This document shows positions 1-9,007 of a DNA stretch of 32,695 nt, one piece after another; the stretch's first letter is position 1, and each line of letters starts with the position of its first letter. Made by a program: the position numbers and the translations under genes. Origin of the DNA: Nemertoderma westbladi (lineage: Eukaryota; Animalia; Xenacoelomorpha); NCBI GenBank assembly GCA_032718475.1, contig JAUCBJ010002267.1, positions 1 through 32,695 on the forward strand, read 5' to 3'. The notes under the pieces are model-generated. The model did no database searches, was not told the DNA's origin, and worked only from the letters and a program-made list of their open reading frames with translations.

Positions 1-1059
1 CAAAAAACCCGCAATACGGCAAATACTTTTACACAGCTTAGCCGTGATGATTCAGATTACGACATCTAACAGCTGGTTGCTTAAATGGAAACAGCCATTG
101 GACGCATGGTTCTTTGTTTGGCTTCAGCCAATCAGAGCGATTCTCTCTGTCGATGTGGAGCTTTGAGCCGATCATATTGGGATTGTTCAGTCTTACAGTT
201 TTTTACTGATACTTTGTTGTTATTGCTGTCTAAGCCAGAAACAACGGCTCTAGAAAGAAACATTAGTAGGCTTAAGATTATAGAGCGTATGACTGTTATC
301 AGTTCATAACAACTCACATATCGGTCCATATCAGTGCATATCATATCTTAACCTACCGTCTTAATGTTTTACTGTTGTCATATCTTATATCAGTGGATTG
401 AATATTATTTGGAGAACATTTATAAAGAACCCAAATTTCCCAATTTTCTTGATACACTACAGGTTAGAGAGGCGGGTTATATATATAGCGATTGCGACTT
501 ATATTATTGTGGTGTGTATTGAATTTAATGCTATTTGATAAGCCCTACATGAGTCCGTTGCTATTCTCTTTATATATGATAAAATTCATTGACGGTCGGC
601 AAATTAGTGAGCAGTATTGTGCGTTACCGGTAGTGTGCATGATTGTGGCTGATAACTAAGCATTTCCTAAAGAATGCGCCTCATACGTGAATCATAAGCC
701 TTACCGACTTACCGTTGTGATTAGTATAAGTCATATCTCTGTCTACTTAGATAGAGCGCCACGTCCTAAAAGGAACTGTTAATATTTCCCGAAAGTGAAT
801 AATATTAGTCAGAAATTAATTATTGATGATCAATCGAATAATACAATACCGTAAGCTTCACTGCAATAATAATCTAAGCCGACAGAATCCAGTCTCCCGG
901 GATTATCCAGCGGGTGAATGGACGCGCACTAGGCTGGCTTCTGCTAATGTTGTGTTTATTGGTATTAAATATTTGTCATCTTCTAAAGTATATTTGTAAA
1001 CCAAAAGACATATAAATTTTGGCAGGTTAAACTGCTAAAGGTCTTCAAAAGCGCGTACA
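1..1059 (+). repeat. 5' LTR (partial, truncated by the window edge)
   Basis: Matches 10727-11786 with 5 substitutions and 1 indel counted by eye; identity ends just after ...AAAGCGCGTACA. Confidence 0.95.
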
Positions 1060-1126
1060 ATAACAGAGTCATTGACTTTATTGCAGTAAACAATAAAGTT
1101 GAAAGTACCGGTCGACCGGTAAACCT

Positions 1127-1253
1127 GAACCGGTACTTCTGTAGGTCAGTAGGCCCAACTGCCAGAACCGGTACTGCTGTAGGTCAGTAGGTCCAACTGC
1201 CAGAACCGGCACTTCTGTAGGTCCGTAGGCCCAACTGCCCTAACCGGTACTTC
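1127..1253 (+). repeat. 38-bp tandem repeat, ~3.3 copies, in the 5' leader
   Basis: GAACCGGTACTTCTGTAGGTCAGTAGGCCCAACTGCCA at 1127, 1165, 1203 and partially at 1241. Confidence 0.95.
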
Positions 1254-1424
1254 CAGTATAAGTACATTAGTATTATTCGATTTTGATTATAGTATACCGG
1301 TAGGTCTTAGTATTTAATCAGGGAACGGCCGCCCTGGTTTTTATTGAGATTTTACTTATTTCTGTCGGTTTTATTTCCTAGTAAGTAAATATTGAGCTGA
1401 AGACGTGTAAGTCTGCTCAGATTG

Positions 1425-2004
1425 TTCAGATAATTGTAGGCTGAACTGCTGTCTGACTGTTGTTGGGTTTGGAGAGATTACGGCGTGTGTAGAGTTTGTC
1501 TGATAAAGTGCCGTTAGTAAGTTGGGGCAGCCATATGCTGTAAGGTCAATCCCCTCTTAAAGAATAAGTCGTACTACCGTGTTAGAACGCATACTAACTA
1601 ACTATTTCAGAATCTGCATATACTGTAGTTTATTTAGGCTTGATCGTAGTCTGCCAGCGTTTTAGCCTGTGTTTGTTTGTGTGGTCTGTTCAGGTACCGT
1701 AATAGTTATTACTCAGATATTTTGTAGGCTGGATTGTTGTCTAGCTATTATTAGGTCTGAAGAGATTGCTGCGTGTGTAGAGTTTGTCTGATAAAGCTCC
1801 GTTAGTAAGTTGGGGCAGCCATAGCGGTAAGGTCAATCCCCTCTTAAAGAATAAGTCGTACTACCGTGTTAGAACGCATACTAACTAACTATTTCAGAAT
1901 CTACACGTACGGTAGTTTATTTAGGCTTGGTGGTAGTCTGCCAGCGTTTTGGTTTGTATTTGTTTGAGTATTCTGTACGGGTAGCGTAATATTTATTATT
2001 CAGA
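1425..2004 (+). repeat. ~288-bp tandem duplication in the 5' leader
   Basis: Identical core GTAAGGTCAATCCCCTCTTAAAGAATAAGTCGTACTACCGTGTTAGAACGCATACTAACTAACTATTTCAGAATCT at ~1540 and ~1827, with diverged flanks. Confidence 0.92.
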
Positions 2005-2940
2005 GTTTATGCGATTATTCGCAACATTCATGTCCCCAAGTTTATTCCTACAGTAATTGTGTTTGTTACACATACCGTTATAGTTAAATTAACCCCGGTA
2101 CTACACGGGCTGCTTGGCGTAGGTAAAGACTGGTGACTTTGTGCTTCGGTCACTCCAGCAGATGCCGTGGTTCTTTTAACTGTTCAAGTATATTTAACTG
2201 CTGATTATTTGTTATACCAGTACTTGTACCTAATTTAGGGTTTAGTGTACAGTGCTTTCCGAAGTAATTAGTGTGTAGGCAGTATATTTGTGTTGTAAAG
2301 TGGTTAATAGGCACGCTGGATCTGGTAGTCCGCGGTAATTAACTTCTAGGTAGGAACAATCCGTGATACATAACGTAGTACCTATAGCGATACGGTTATA
2401 GGTCGTCAGGCGGTGGTATTTTCCTATCTGGACAACGCAGTGTATTTACTACTACTTATTATTTTCAAATACCGTAGTACCCTGTCCATTGTAATAACCA
2501 GAATTCTAACCCTTTGTTAGGCTGGTTTGTAGACTTCCTGTAAAATTACCCTAAAAATTCGTACGTAATATTTTTGTTGTGTTTAACTAGAGATTTAATC
2601 TCACCCGTATCGTAAGTAATTTGTAGTATTAAGTAACTTAGGTAAATTAGAATTATCTGTTTTAGTGTCCCATAGGTAGCACTTCACTGAGAGCGCACAG
2701 CTTCTGTGTAGTGACTCCCCCAGAAATAATAACATTTATTTCAAATATTGACAAAACCCTTTTAAACGGGTATATAAATATTATAAATCAACTCAAACGA
2801 TTTATAAATAGTAGGCCTGCCATACAACAACTAGGTCTCAATATCAGTTGGACTGCTGCTTAAATAACGGTAATAAAGTAAGTTAAAGTAACCAAGTAAC
2901 CCTAAAATATTCAGAAATTCAATTATTCTAAAATAATTGA

Positions 2941-3190
2941 CATACCGGTATTTACCATAGGCTTATTATATTTATTTCTATAAATTTGAGCTGAAATCAT
3001 ACCGGTATTCTGTAATTAATTCTAGTAATAATTATACTTATATATACTATAAGTGTCAGCTGTATACCGGTATTCACGATAGGCCTATTATATATTTATA
3101 TATATTTGTGCTAAAATTATATACCGGTACTCTGTGACAAATCTAGTCTGTAATAATACTTATATATATATTATAAGCATACCGGTATTC
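2941..3190 (+). repeat. Degenerate ~120-bp duplication with an ATACCGGTA core about every 60 bp
   Basis: ATACCGGTA at ~2942, 2999, 3064, 3121, 3179; alternate units are similar to each other. Confidence 0.75.
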
Positions 3191-3324
3191 TAATATATTA
3201 TATATATATCACGCTACACTGAGTAGCAGTATCGGTAATTAATTATTAGGCTAACAGTGATACTGAATTACTAGACTTGCTTTAACTGTAATATAGCAGT
3301 AGGCATTCGACTGTACAATCAAAC

Positions 3325-3825
3325 ATGGCTGACACAAGGCAAACTCTGTCAGATAGTCTCCTAGAAACAACAGCCTGTTTCTCAGATCAAAGTGTAGAGA
3401 ATCCCAGACCGAGGTCTGAAACCCCTCATACTGTAAGAAGGGCAACCCCTGCAGTGGTTGTGTCAGAACCTAGGTTGGTAGAAAAGATTTCGCAATTTGC
3501 GAAGTTAGTGAAGCGCCGTTGGTCTGCCATAGGCACTCGGGCCCAAGTCAAGCGGGATCAAGAAGAAGCTATAAAACAGCAGCAACCTCCTAGCCAAGAA
3601 CCTAGTTCTCAGCGGCCCGATAGCTCCAGTAGTTCGGATACTGTTGAGCGGACGCCCGAACGCGGAGCGAAGATGGCGGATACGGTTTATGATGAGCGGC
3701 CAACCTATGAGAATCAACCGACGCCACTTCTTCTCAAGTGGAAAGTGAGGTGGAAAGCGAAGTGGAAAGTGAGGTGGAAAGCGAAGTGGAAAGCGAGGTG
3801 GAAAGCGAAGTGGAAAGCGAATTAA
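3325..3825 (+). CDS. Probable N-terminal segment of Gag (ORF1, 166 aa), out of frame with the rest of gag
   Basis: ATG in good context (CAAACATGG); low-complexity S/P/Q-rich peptide; overlaps the gag frame, which opens at 3711 without its own nearby ATG. Confidence 0.65.
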   Translation: MADTRQTLSDSLLETTACFSDQSVENPRPRSETPHTVRRATPAVVVSEPRLVEKISQFAKLVKRRWSAIGTRAQVKRDQEEAIKQQQPPSQEPSSQRPDSSSSSDTVERTPERGAKMADTVYDERPTYENQPTPLLLKWKVRWKAKWKVRWKAKWKARWKAKWKAN

Positions 3826-6401
3826 CATCAGCAGAGAAGCCGCGAACTAGAGACGCTATCGACATTTATTTGTCCGACTATCAGCGATTCCTAGGAGACG
3901 AAGAGTTGAGGAGACGGCTGTCTGGACTTTCCCCTAATAGTGAAGGAACCAAGCTTGTGTTGGACTCAATCGATGCTAGAGTCCGAGAAGAACAAGTAAA
4001 GAAAGAACGGATAGAGAAAAGAAAGGTGGCAGCAGCAGCGGCGGCAGAAGCGGAAGCAGAAAGAAAAGCAGCAGTGGCAGAAGCAGAACGAAGAGCTTCT
4101 GAGGAGACTATCCAACTGGAGTTGGAAAATCTGCAAGAGACGCAAGACAGTATAAATAAACAGTTTACTGCTAATCAAATGCAGATGATGAGAAAATCTA
4201 CTCCCAAGCGCCAGGGATACACATCCTCGGAGGAAGGCGAGACTACCGATCCTGAAGGCGGAGGAAATAGATCTCATCTAAGTAGGCGTAGAAAAACATC
4301 TTACCGTCGCAAATTGCCTGATTTGCCCCCAGCTGTTAGAAGACAGCTAGCTAGCACAGACTTGAGTAGTATAGAACCTACAGCCCAAAGTATTAAGGTC
4401 CAAAGACTCTCTACAATAGTTGATGAGCCTGAGATAATTAGGCCTGTCGTTCCCAAAGTCACTTCTGTGTTAGAGACCCCTGTACTTCCAGAGCTTAACT
4501 CTAAATTCCCTTTGCATAGTACTACACTGCCTGTACCCGGTGGAACAGTCCAAGAGAATATCCCTGTCCAGATAGCAGAGAGAGAAATCAAAAATTTGTC
4601 TCCCGTCGTCCCGCGTCAGCCCGCTACTATGTTGGCGACTCCCGCTTCGGCGGTTGAGTGGGTGGAAGAGGGACGGCGGGGGATGAATCTCCTGCTAGGA
4701 CAGATGCAGGAGACTGTCCACCAACTTAAGGGAACAGTGAGGGAAGGTAGAGCAGAGTTGCAAGAAGTGCAGCAAAGTATCGCGCTAGAACGCGACAAAT
4801 TAGTCAATATACAAAAGGGCATGCCAATACCCCCTGTAACATTGTGTCGGCCTGTTGGGTCTGAAGTATTACATGCGCAAGGTGTGGAGCCTACACGCAT
4901 CTATACTGCTAGTGAAGTTGAAACTCCTATAGCAAACCCTATTAAGGGTGATTATAGACCTGTTATTAATGATATTCCCTATAGACCTGATAATGATCCG
5001 AGAACTTTATATACCGATAATTCGATATTAAATAACACGATGGCCCAAGAAAGCTTTACGCGTCAGATGGCTAGAACAGAAGCCCGCCAAGCGGTCAAAG
5101 TGGGAGAGATCGTCAAATTCAATGGAGATGAGATGAAATGGTTACCTTTCAACGAATATTACAAAGATAGCATACAGAACTCTGTACTATCTAACGGAGA
5201 GAAACTTAGATTCCTCATCAAGTGCTTGGAAGGACCTCCCAAGTTAATGGCGTTAAAGTTTATTGGACATCCAGATGGATTAAGACAAGTTTGGGATACA
5301 TTAAACATCAGGTATGGTAACAAGGATAACATAGCTAAGTATTTGTATGCAAAATTAGTAGCCCCCCGACACTTCCTTAGTAGCGGGATTATAGAGTTTT
5401 CCGATGAAATTCAAGAGATCTGTAGACAACTGGACTGGTTAGGTAAGTCGCATGAATATCAGAGTTCCATGGTCATTGGAGCCGTAGTCTCTACTTTACC
5501 AAAGGGTGGAGTATGTACGCGCTGGGACAAGAAAGTGTTGTACATGAATGAACAACAACGACGAAGTCCTACCATGGCTGATCTCATGTCCTTCTTAGAT
5601 AGTGAAGTAAAATTACAACTCATAAGGCAGTCCAGAGAGAAAACATCGGAAAATAAGGTAAGTGAGAAACCCGTTTCTAGGAGAAGGATAATACCAGTGT
5701 GTTATACTGACGACGGCGAAAGCCAAGCTTCTCAAGAAGAGGACAGCGGGAAAGACACAGCAAAATCTTACTATGACAACAAGACCTATAAAGACGTAAG
5801 TAAATACAAGTCTCGAACCAGTGACAGGAGAGAACAGGTAACAACAACTCCTCCTACGTCTCCTAAGAGAATTCACGGAAGAAAGCCCGAAGAAAGAACG
5901 AGAGTGCAGAACGTTAACCAAGTTAAGGTGAGTAACATCAAACCAAAATGTGCGCTGTGCGACGGGCCCCACCGTTTGAGTGCGTGTGCTGAATTTCTAA
6001 AGAAATCCCTTGTAGACAGACGTACAGTCCTGTGGAATAAGCGGTTATGCTATAATTGCCTCAGATCAGGACACCAACGGCGAACCTGTTACTCCTACAT
6101 AAAGTGTGCAAAGTGTGGCGCGAAACATCACATCTTGTTACACAGTGAGTTCGAACGAAACAACCAGAGTCAGGTAAGTGAGCCCGAACTACATGTCCAA
6201 TTCAGTGATGTAAATGACACTGATCAAGAATCTGAGATGGAAGGATTCTATACTGACGAATTCTCCGACGCCAACGAATCCTGTTACCTAATCAATACCG
6301 CGGTGTATCGAGCACTTACGCATGAAAAGGACACCACAATGAGTTCCCCCCAACTACCTTTGACAGACAACCATCTTGGAAACCTCCAACTTCCAACGTA
6401 G
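3711..6401 (+). CDS. gag: Bel/Pao Gag (coiled coil, DUF1759-like capsid region, three zinc knuckles)
   Basis: KFNGDEMKWLPF...LSNGEKLRFLIKCLEG motif; CALCDGPHRLSAC, CYNCLRSGHQRRTC and CAKCGAKHHILLH (Bel/Pao triple knuckle); frame open 3711-6401. Confidence 0.92.
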   Translation, partial: ESTDATSSQVESEVESEVESEVESEVESEVESEVESELTSAEKPRTRDAIDIYLSDYQRFLGDEELRRRLSGLSPNSEGTKLVLDSIDARVREEQVKKERIEKRKVAAAAAAEAEAERKAAVAEAERRASEETIQLELENLQETQDSINKQFTANQMQMMRKSTPKRQGYTSSEEGETTDPEGGGNRSHLSRRRKTSYRRKLPDLPPAVRRQLASTDLSSIEPTAQSIKVQRLSTIVDEPEIIRPVVPKVTSVLETPVLPELNSKFPLHSTTLPVPGGTVQENIPVQIAEREIKNLSPVVPRQPATMLATPASAVEWVEEGRRGMNLLLGQMQETVHQLKGTVREGRAELQEVQQSIALERDKLVNIQKGMPIPPVTLCRPVGSEVLHAQGVEPTRIYTASEVETPIANPIKGDYRPVINDIPYRPDNDPRTLYTDNSILNNTMAQESFTRQMARTEARQAVKVGEIVKFNGDEMKWLPFNEYYKDSIQNSVLSNGEKLRFLIKCLEGPPKLMALKFIGHPDGLRQVWDTLNIRYGNKDNIAKYLYAKLVAPRHFLSSGIIEFSDEIQEICRQLDWLGKSHEYQSSMVIGAVVSTLPKGGVCTRWDKKVLYMNEQQRRSPTMADLMSFLDSEVKLQLIRQSREKTSENKVSEKPVSRRRIIPVCYTDDGESQASQEEDSGKDTAKSYYDNKTYKDVSKYKSRTSDRREQVTTTPPTSPKRIHGRKPEERTRVQNVNQVKVSNIKPKCALCDGPHRLSACAEFLKKSLVDRRTVLWNKRLCYNCLRSGHQRRTCYSYIKCAKCGAKHHILLHSEFERNNQSQVSEPELHVQFSDVNDTDQESEMEGFYTDEFSDANESCYLINTAVYRALTHEKDTTMSSPQLPLTDNHLGNLQLPT
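3737..3820 (+). repeat. 12-bp coding tandem repeat GTGGAAAG(C/T)GA(A/G), 7 copies
   Basis: Reads (VESE)n in the gag frame and (KWKARW)-like repeats in the ORF1 frame. Confidence 0.95.
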
Positions 6402-7378
6402 GAATCAGAGAATTTCCTGTAGTGCAGGTAAGAGTTCACGGTCCCAACAAAAGTTACATAGTGAACGCCCTCCTTGACTCCGGCAGCACAGGAACATTCA
6501 TCGATCAAGAACTAGCCGAAGATATCTTTGCTGGACAACCCAAATTCCAAACTAAGTTGAATATGTCCGGAATTATGCAGGTTTGGAAATCTACCATAAC
6601 GGCAGATTACTATGTAGGTGCGTTGTCCACCCCCCAGGATAAATTAGGAGCACAAAGTATAAGGTCAGTTAAAATGGTGGCTATAAAGAACTTCGCTACT
6701 ACCCAAGCAGACCTTTATAATTGGGACGAGGATGAGAGCATCCAACATCTTAAGATACCTCGATTCCAGACAGATTATCCTGGAGTGCAAATACTCATCG
6801 GCCAAAACGCGCATGAGGCGCTCGAGACATTGGAGAAACGGCCTACTCAACCGCAGCCACTACAAACCTATGCGGTAAGAACTAGAGTAGGTTGGTACTT
6901 CACTGGCCCTTCCCGTAGAACTCTCAAAGAGAGATTACCTCAACAACAGGTATACAAAGTAAAGGAATGGGAAGTGGAGAGCAGTGATGTGGACGATCCA
7001 ACTGAGGGAACACCATACTCCTCAGATAATGACGATATTAACTCCAATGTAGATCTATGGAGACATTGCCTTGGGACGATTAATCCAGCCGACATTGCTT
7101 CCAGAGGAGCAACTCCTCAAGAAATGATAGATACTCCAGGCTGGTTAGGTGGATCCGACTTCTTAAGTAAAGAAGAAGAATGGCCTCCTCATCTCACCAC
7201 GGCTGAGATTAGACAGGCCAAGGGAGCGGAGAAAGTAACACAACAACTCAATCGCCCAGCTAGTCGTTTATGTTTACTGGAAAGAGACCGAAAACTGTCC
7301 GGAAACTATGGAAGGCAAGATACTCTTCCTACGACTACTTCCCTAATCCGACAAATATCTAGGGACTCCATAACGTGA
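6326..7378 (+). CDS. Bel/Pao aspartic protease fused to the C-terminal remnant of RNase H; RT and integrase missing
   Basis: FPVVQVRV...ALLDSGSTGTFI, ILIGQN and AVRTRVGWYFTGP, then WRHCLGTINPADIASRG...WLGGSDFL...WP (7058-7186); frame opens at 6326, -1 relative to gag. Confidence 0.88.
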   Translation, partial: KGHHNEFPPTTFDRQPSWKPPTSNVGIREFPVVQVRVHGPNKSYIVNALLDSGSTGTFIDQELAEDIFAGQPKFQTKLNMSGIMQVWKSTITADYYVGALSTPQDKLGAQSIRSVKMVAIKNFATTQADLYNWDEDESIQHLKIPRFQTDYPGVQILIGQNAHEALETLEKRPTQPQPLQTYAVRTRVGWYFTGPSRRTLKERLPQQQVYKVKEWEVESSDVDDPTEGTPYSSDNDDINSNVDLWRHCLGTINPADIASRGATPQEMIDTPGWLGGSDFLSKEEEWPPHLTTAEIRQAKGAEKVTQQLNRPASRLCLLERDRKLSGNYGRQDTLPTTTSLIRQISRDSIT

Positions 7379-7899
7379 TAGCATGTGGAGTGGGCGTGTG
7401 ACTATATCATTTTATATTTGTTTTTATTTTATATTTATGTATGTATTATTATGTAATTTTATTATAATCGTTTTCTTTAATTTTATTTAGTAGAATGTTA
7501 TTTTAGTGATTATTTAGTAGATTAGTGCAATATATTAGTGTTTATTACGTATGTAATTACTTATAATATATATTTAGTGCGACGGCGAGAAATAATTATT
7601 TTTCTCTTTCCTTACTGTCCGTATCATATTATAAATACGTGACTACAGTAAGATGACATGTCAGTACTTATTAAAGTACAATAAAGCCACTACTATATTT
7701 AAGTATTATTGGTAGGCAGAGTATTAGGAATGCAAAGTTCAGATCCTCGTGTCTCGGCTAAACCAAGCTCTGGGTAGACCTTGGAAACGACTTGCCTCTT
7801 CACACTGACATTGCTTCGTGCGATATTGCTCTTCTACCTTATATTAAATAATACATATAGTAGCGTGATGTCCCTCTAACAGTAGCGTAAATCGCAAAT

Positions 7900-8190
7900 A
7901 AATCTGTTAAACTTTTTGACCATCTGTAATTCTAGTCGATTAAGATATCGTGGCACCCACCGATATACTTGAAAGACAAATTCTAGAATCAGTGGTTAAC
8001 GTCCCCAGACAAGTTCTGGAATAAATCGGTGCTCATCCTAAATATTAATTTAATATTTATTAAAATCTGTAAAATCCCGATCCTTTAAAATTTCTAGCCA
8101 ATTAAGATATCGCAGCATTTACCGATATTCTTAGAAGGACTATTTTATAGAATTAAGGATCCTAAGTCCCCAGATATGCTCTGGAATAAA
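7900..8190 (+). ncRNA. Duplicated structured cis-RNA module (long hairpin plus small CCAGA/TCTGG hairpin), 2 copies
   Basis: Copies at 7900-8025 and 8063-8190 keep the paired segments (TAAG-ATATCG/CGATAT-CTT, TTCTA/TAGAA) while loops and basal stem sequence differ. Confidence 0.6.
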
Positions 8191-9007
8191 ATTTGTGTCA
8201 ATTTAACATCAAATAATAAAATTCACGGGAATAAATTTAAATTCATATTCAAATGAATTTCATAAATTGTCATTTTGTGCAATTTATAACATTCCCAAAA
8301 TTCCATTAATTAATAGATCATGGGAGCGGAGATTCATCCTATTGAGTGTATTAGAGTGCGAGAATCTCCAACATCTAGTCAATAGCCGATAAAATTAATA
8401 AAATCATGCATAAAGAGGATATTGACAATTAAAGAATTATTATTAAATAGCATCCCAGATCTGTATGCATGAGAATTACCCTAATTCTACCGCTAGCATT
8501 CCATAATGTCACCATAGCAACACCCACGCTAGAATTAGAAGCAAGTTAAGAAAACAATAGAAAGCTTGTCACATTGCATAGCATAGAGAATACATAGCAC
8601 GCTGTTAGTATCCAAGGATACACAGTAATAACGTGACATTCTGGAAGGCACTGACTAACGGACAAATGGCCTGTATGTGTACAATTGGTGACAGTTGTGT
8701 GGAATTTGTGCGTTTGTAGGTGAATGTTACTGCTAAGGTGTGTTTACAGTAGCTAGTCGCAATTGTGAAAGTAACCCAACTCTCCTATAGAAAGAACCTA
8801 AAGTGGATTCAAGCCTTTGGGACGGACAGTGGAGTGACTTGTGCCGGTTGTCGTTGTCGTACTGTTGCTACATGTTGGCGTAAACACCGCGACAACGGTA
8901 CATCGGCGCTGAGGATCCCACTGTCCGGGGGCAAAGAGAGGTAGGCAGCGACGTCCGCTCGCCTAAACATAAACTCATTTCGATATTAACAAACTCAGAT
9001 AGCAGAT

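Noticed and set aside
85-344. Short ORFs in the LTR, repeated at 10811-11070
   Set aside because: No recognisable motif; they recur only because the LTR is duplicated
1127-1253. 38-bp repeats as a CRISPR-like array
   Set aside because: Head-to-tail repeats with no unique spacers, in a eukaryotic retroelement
5707-5725. CTGACGA...GAAA hammerhead-like core
   Set aside because: Inside gag coding sequence, with no stem II or flanking stems
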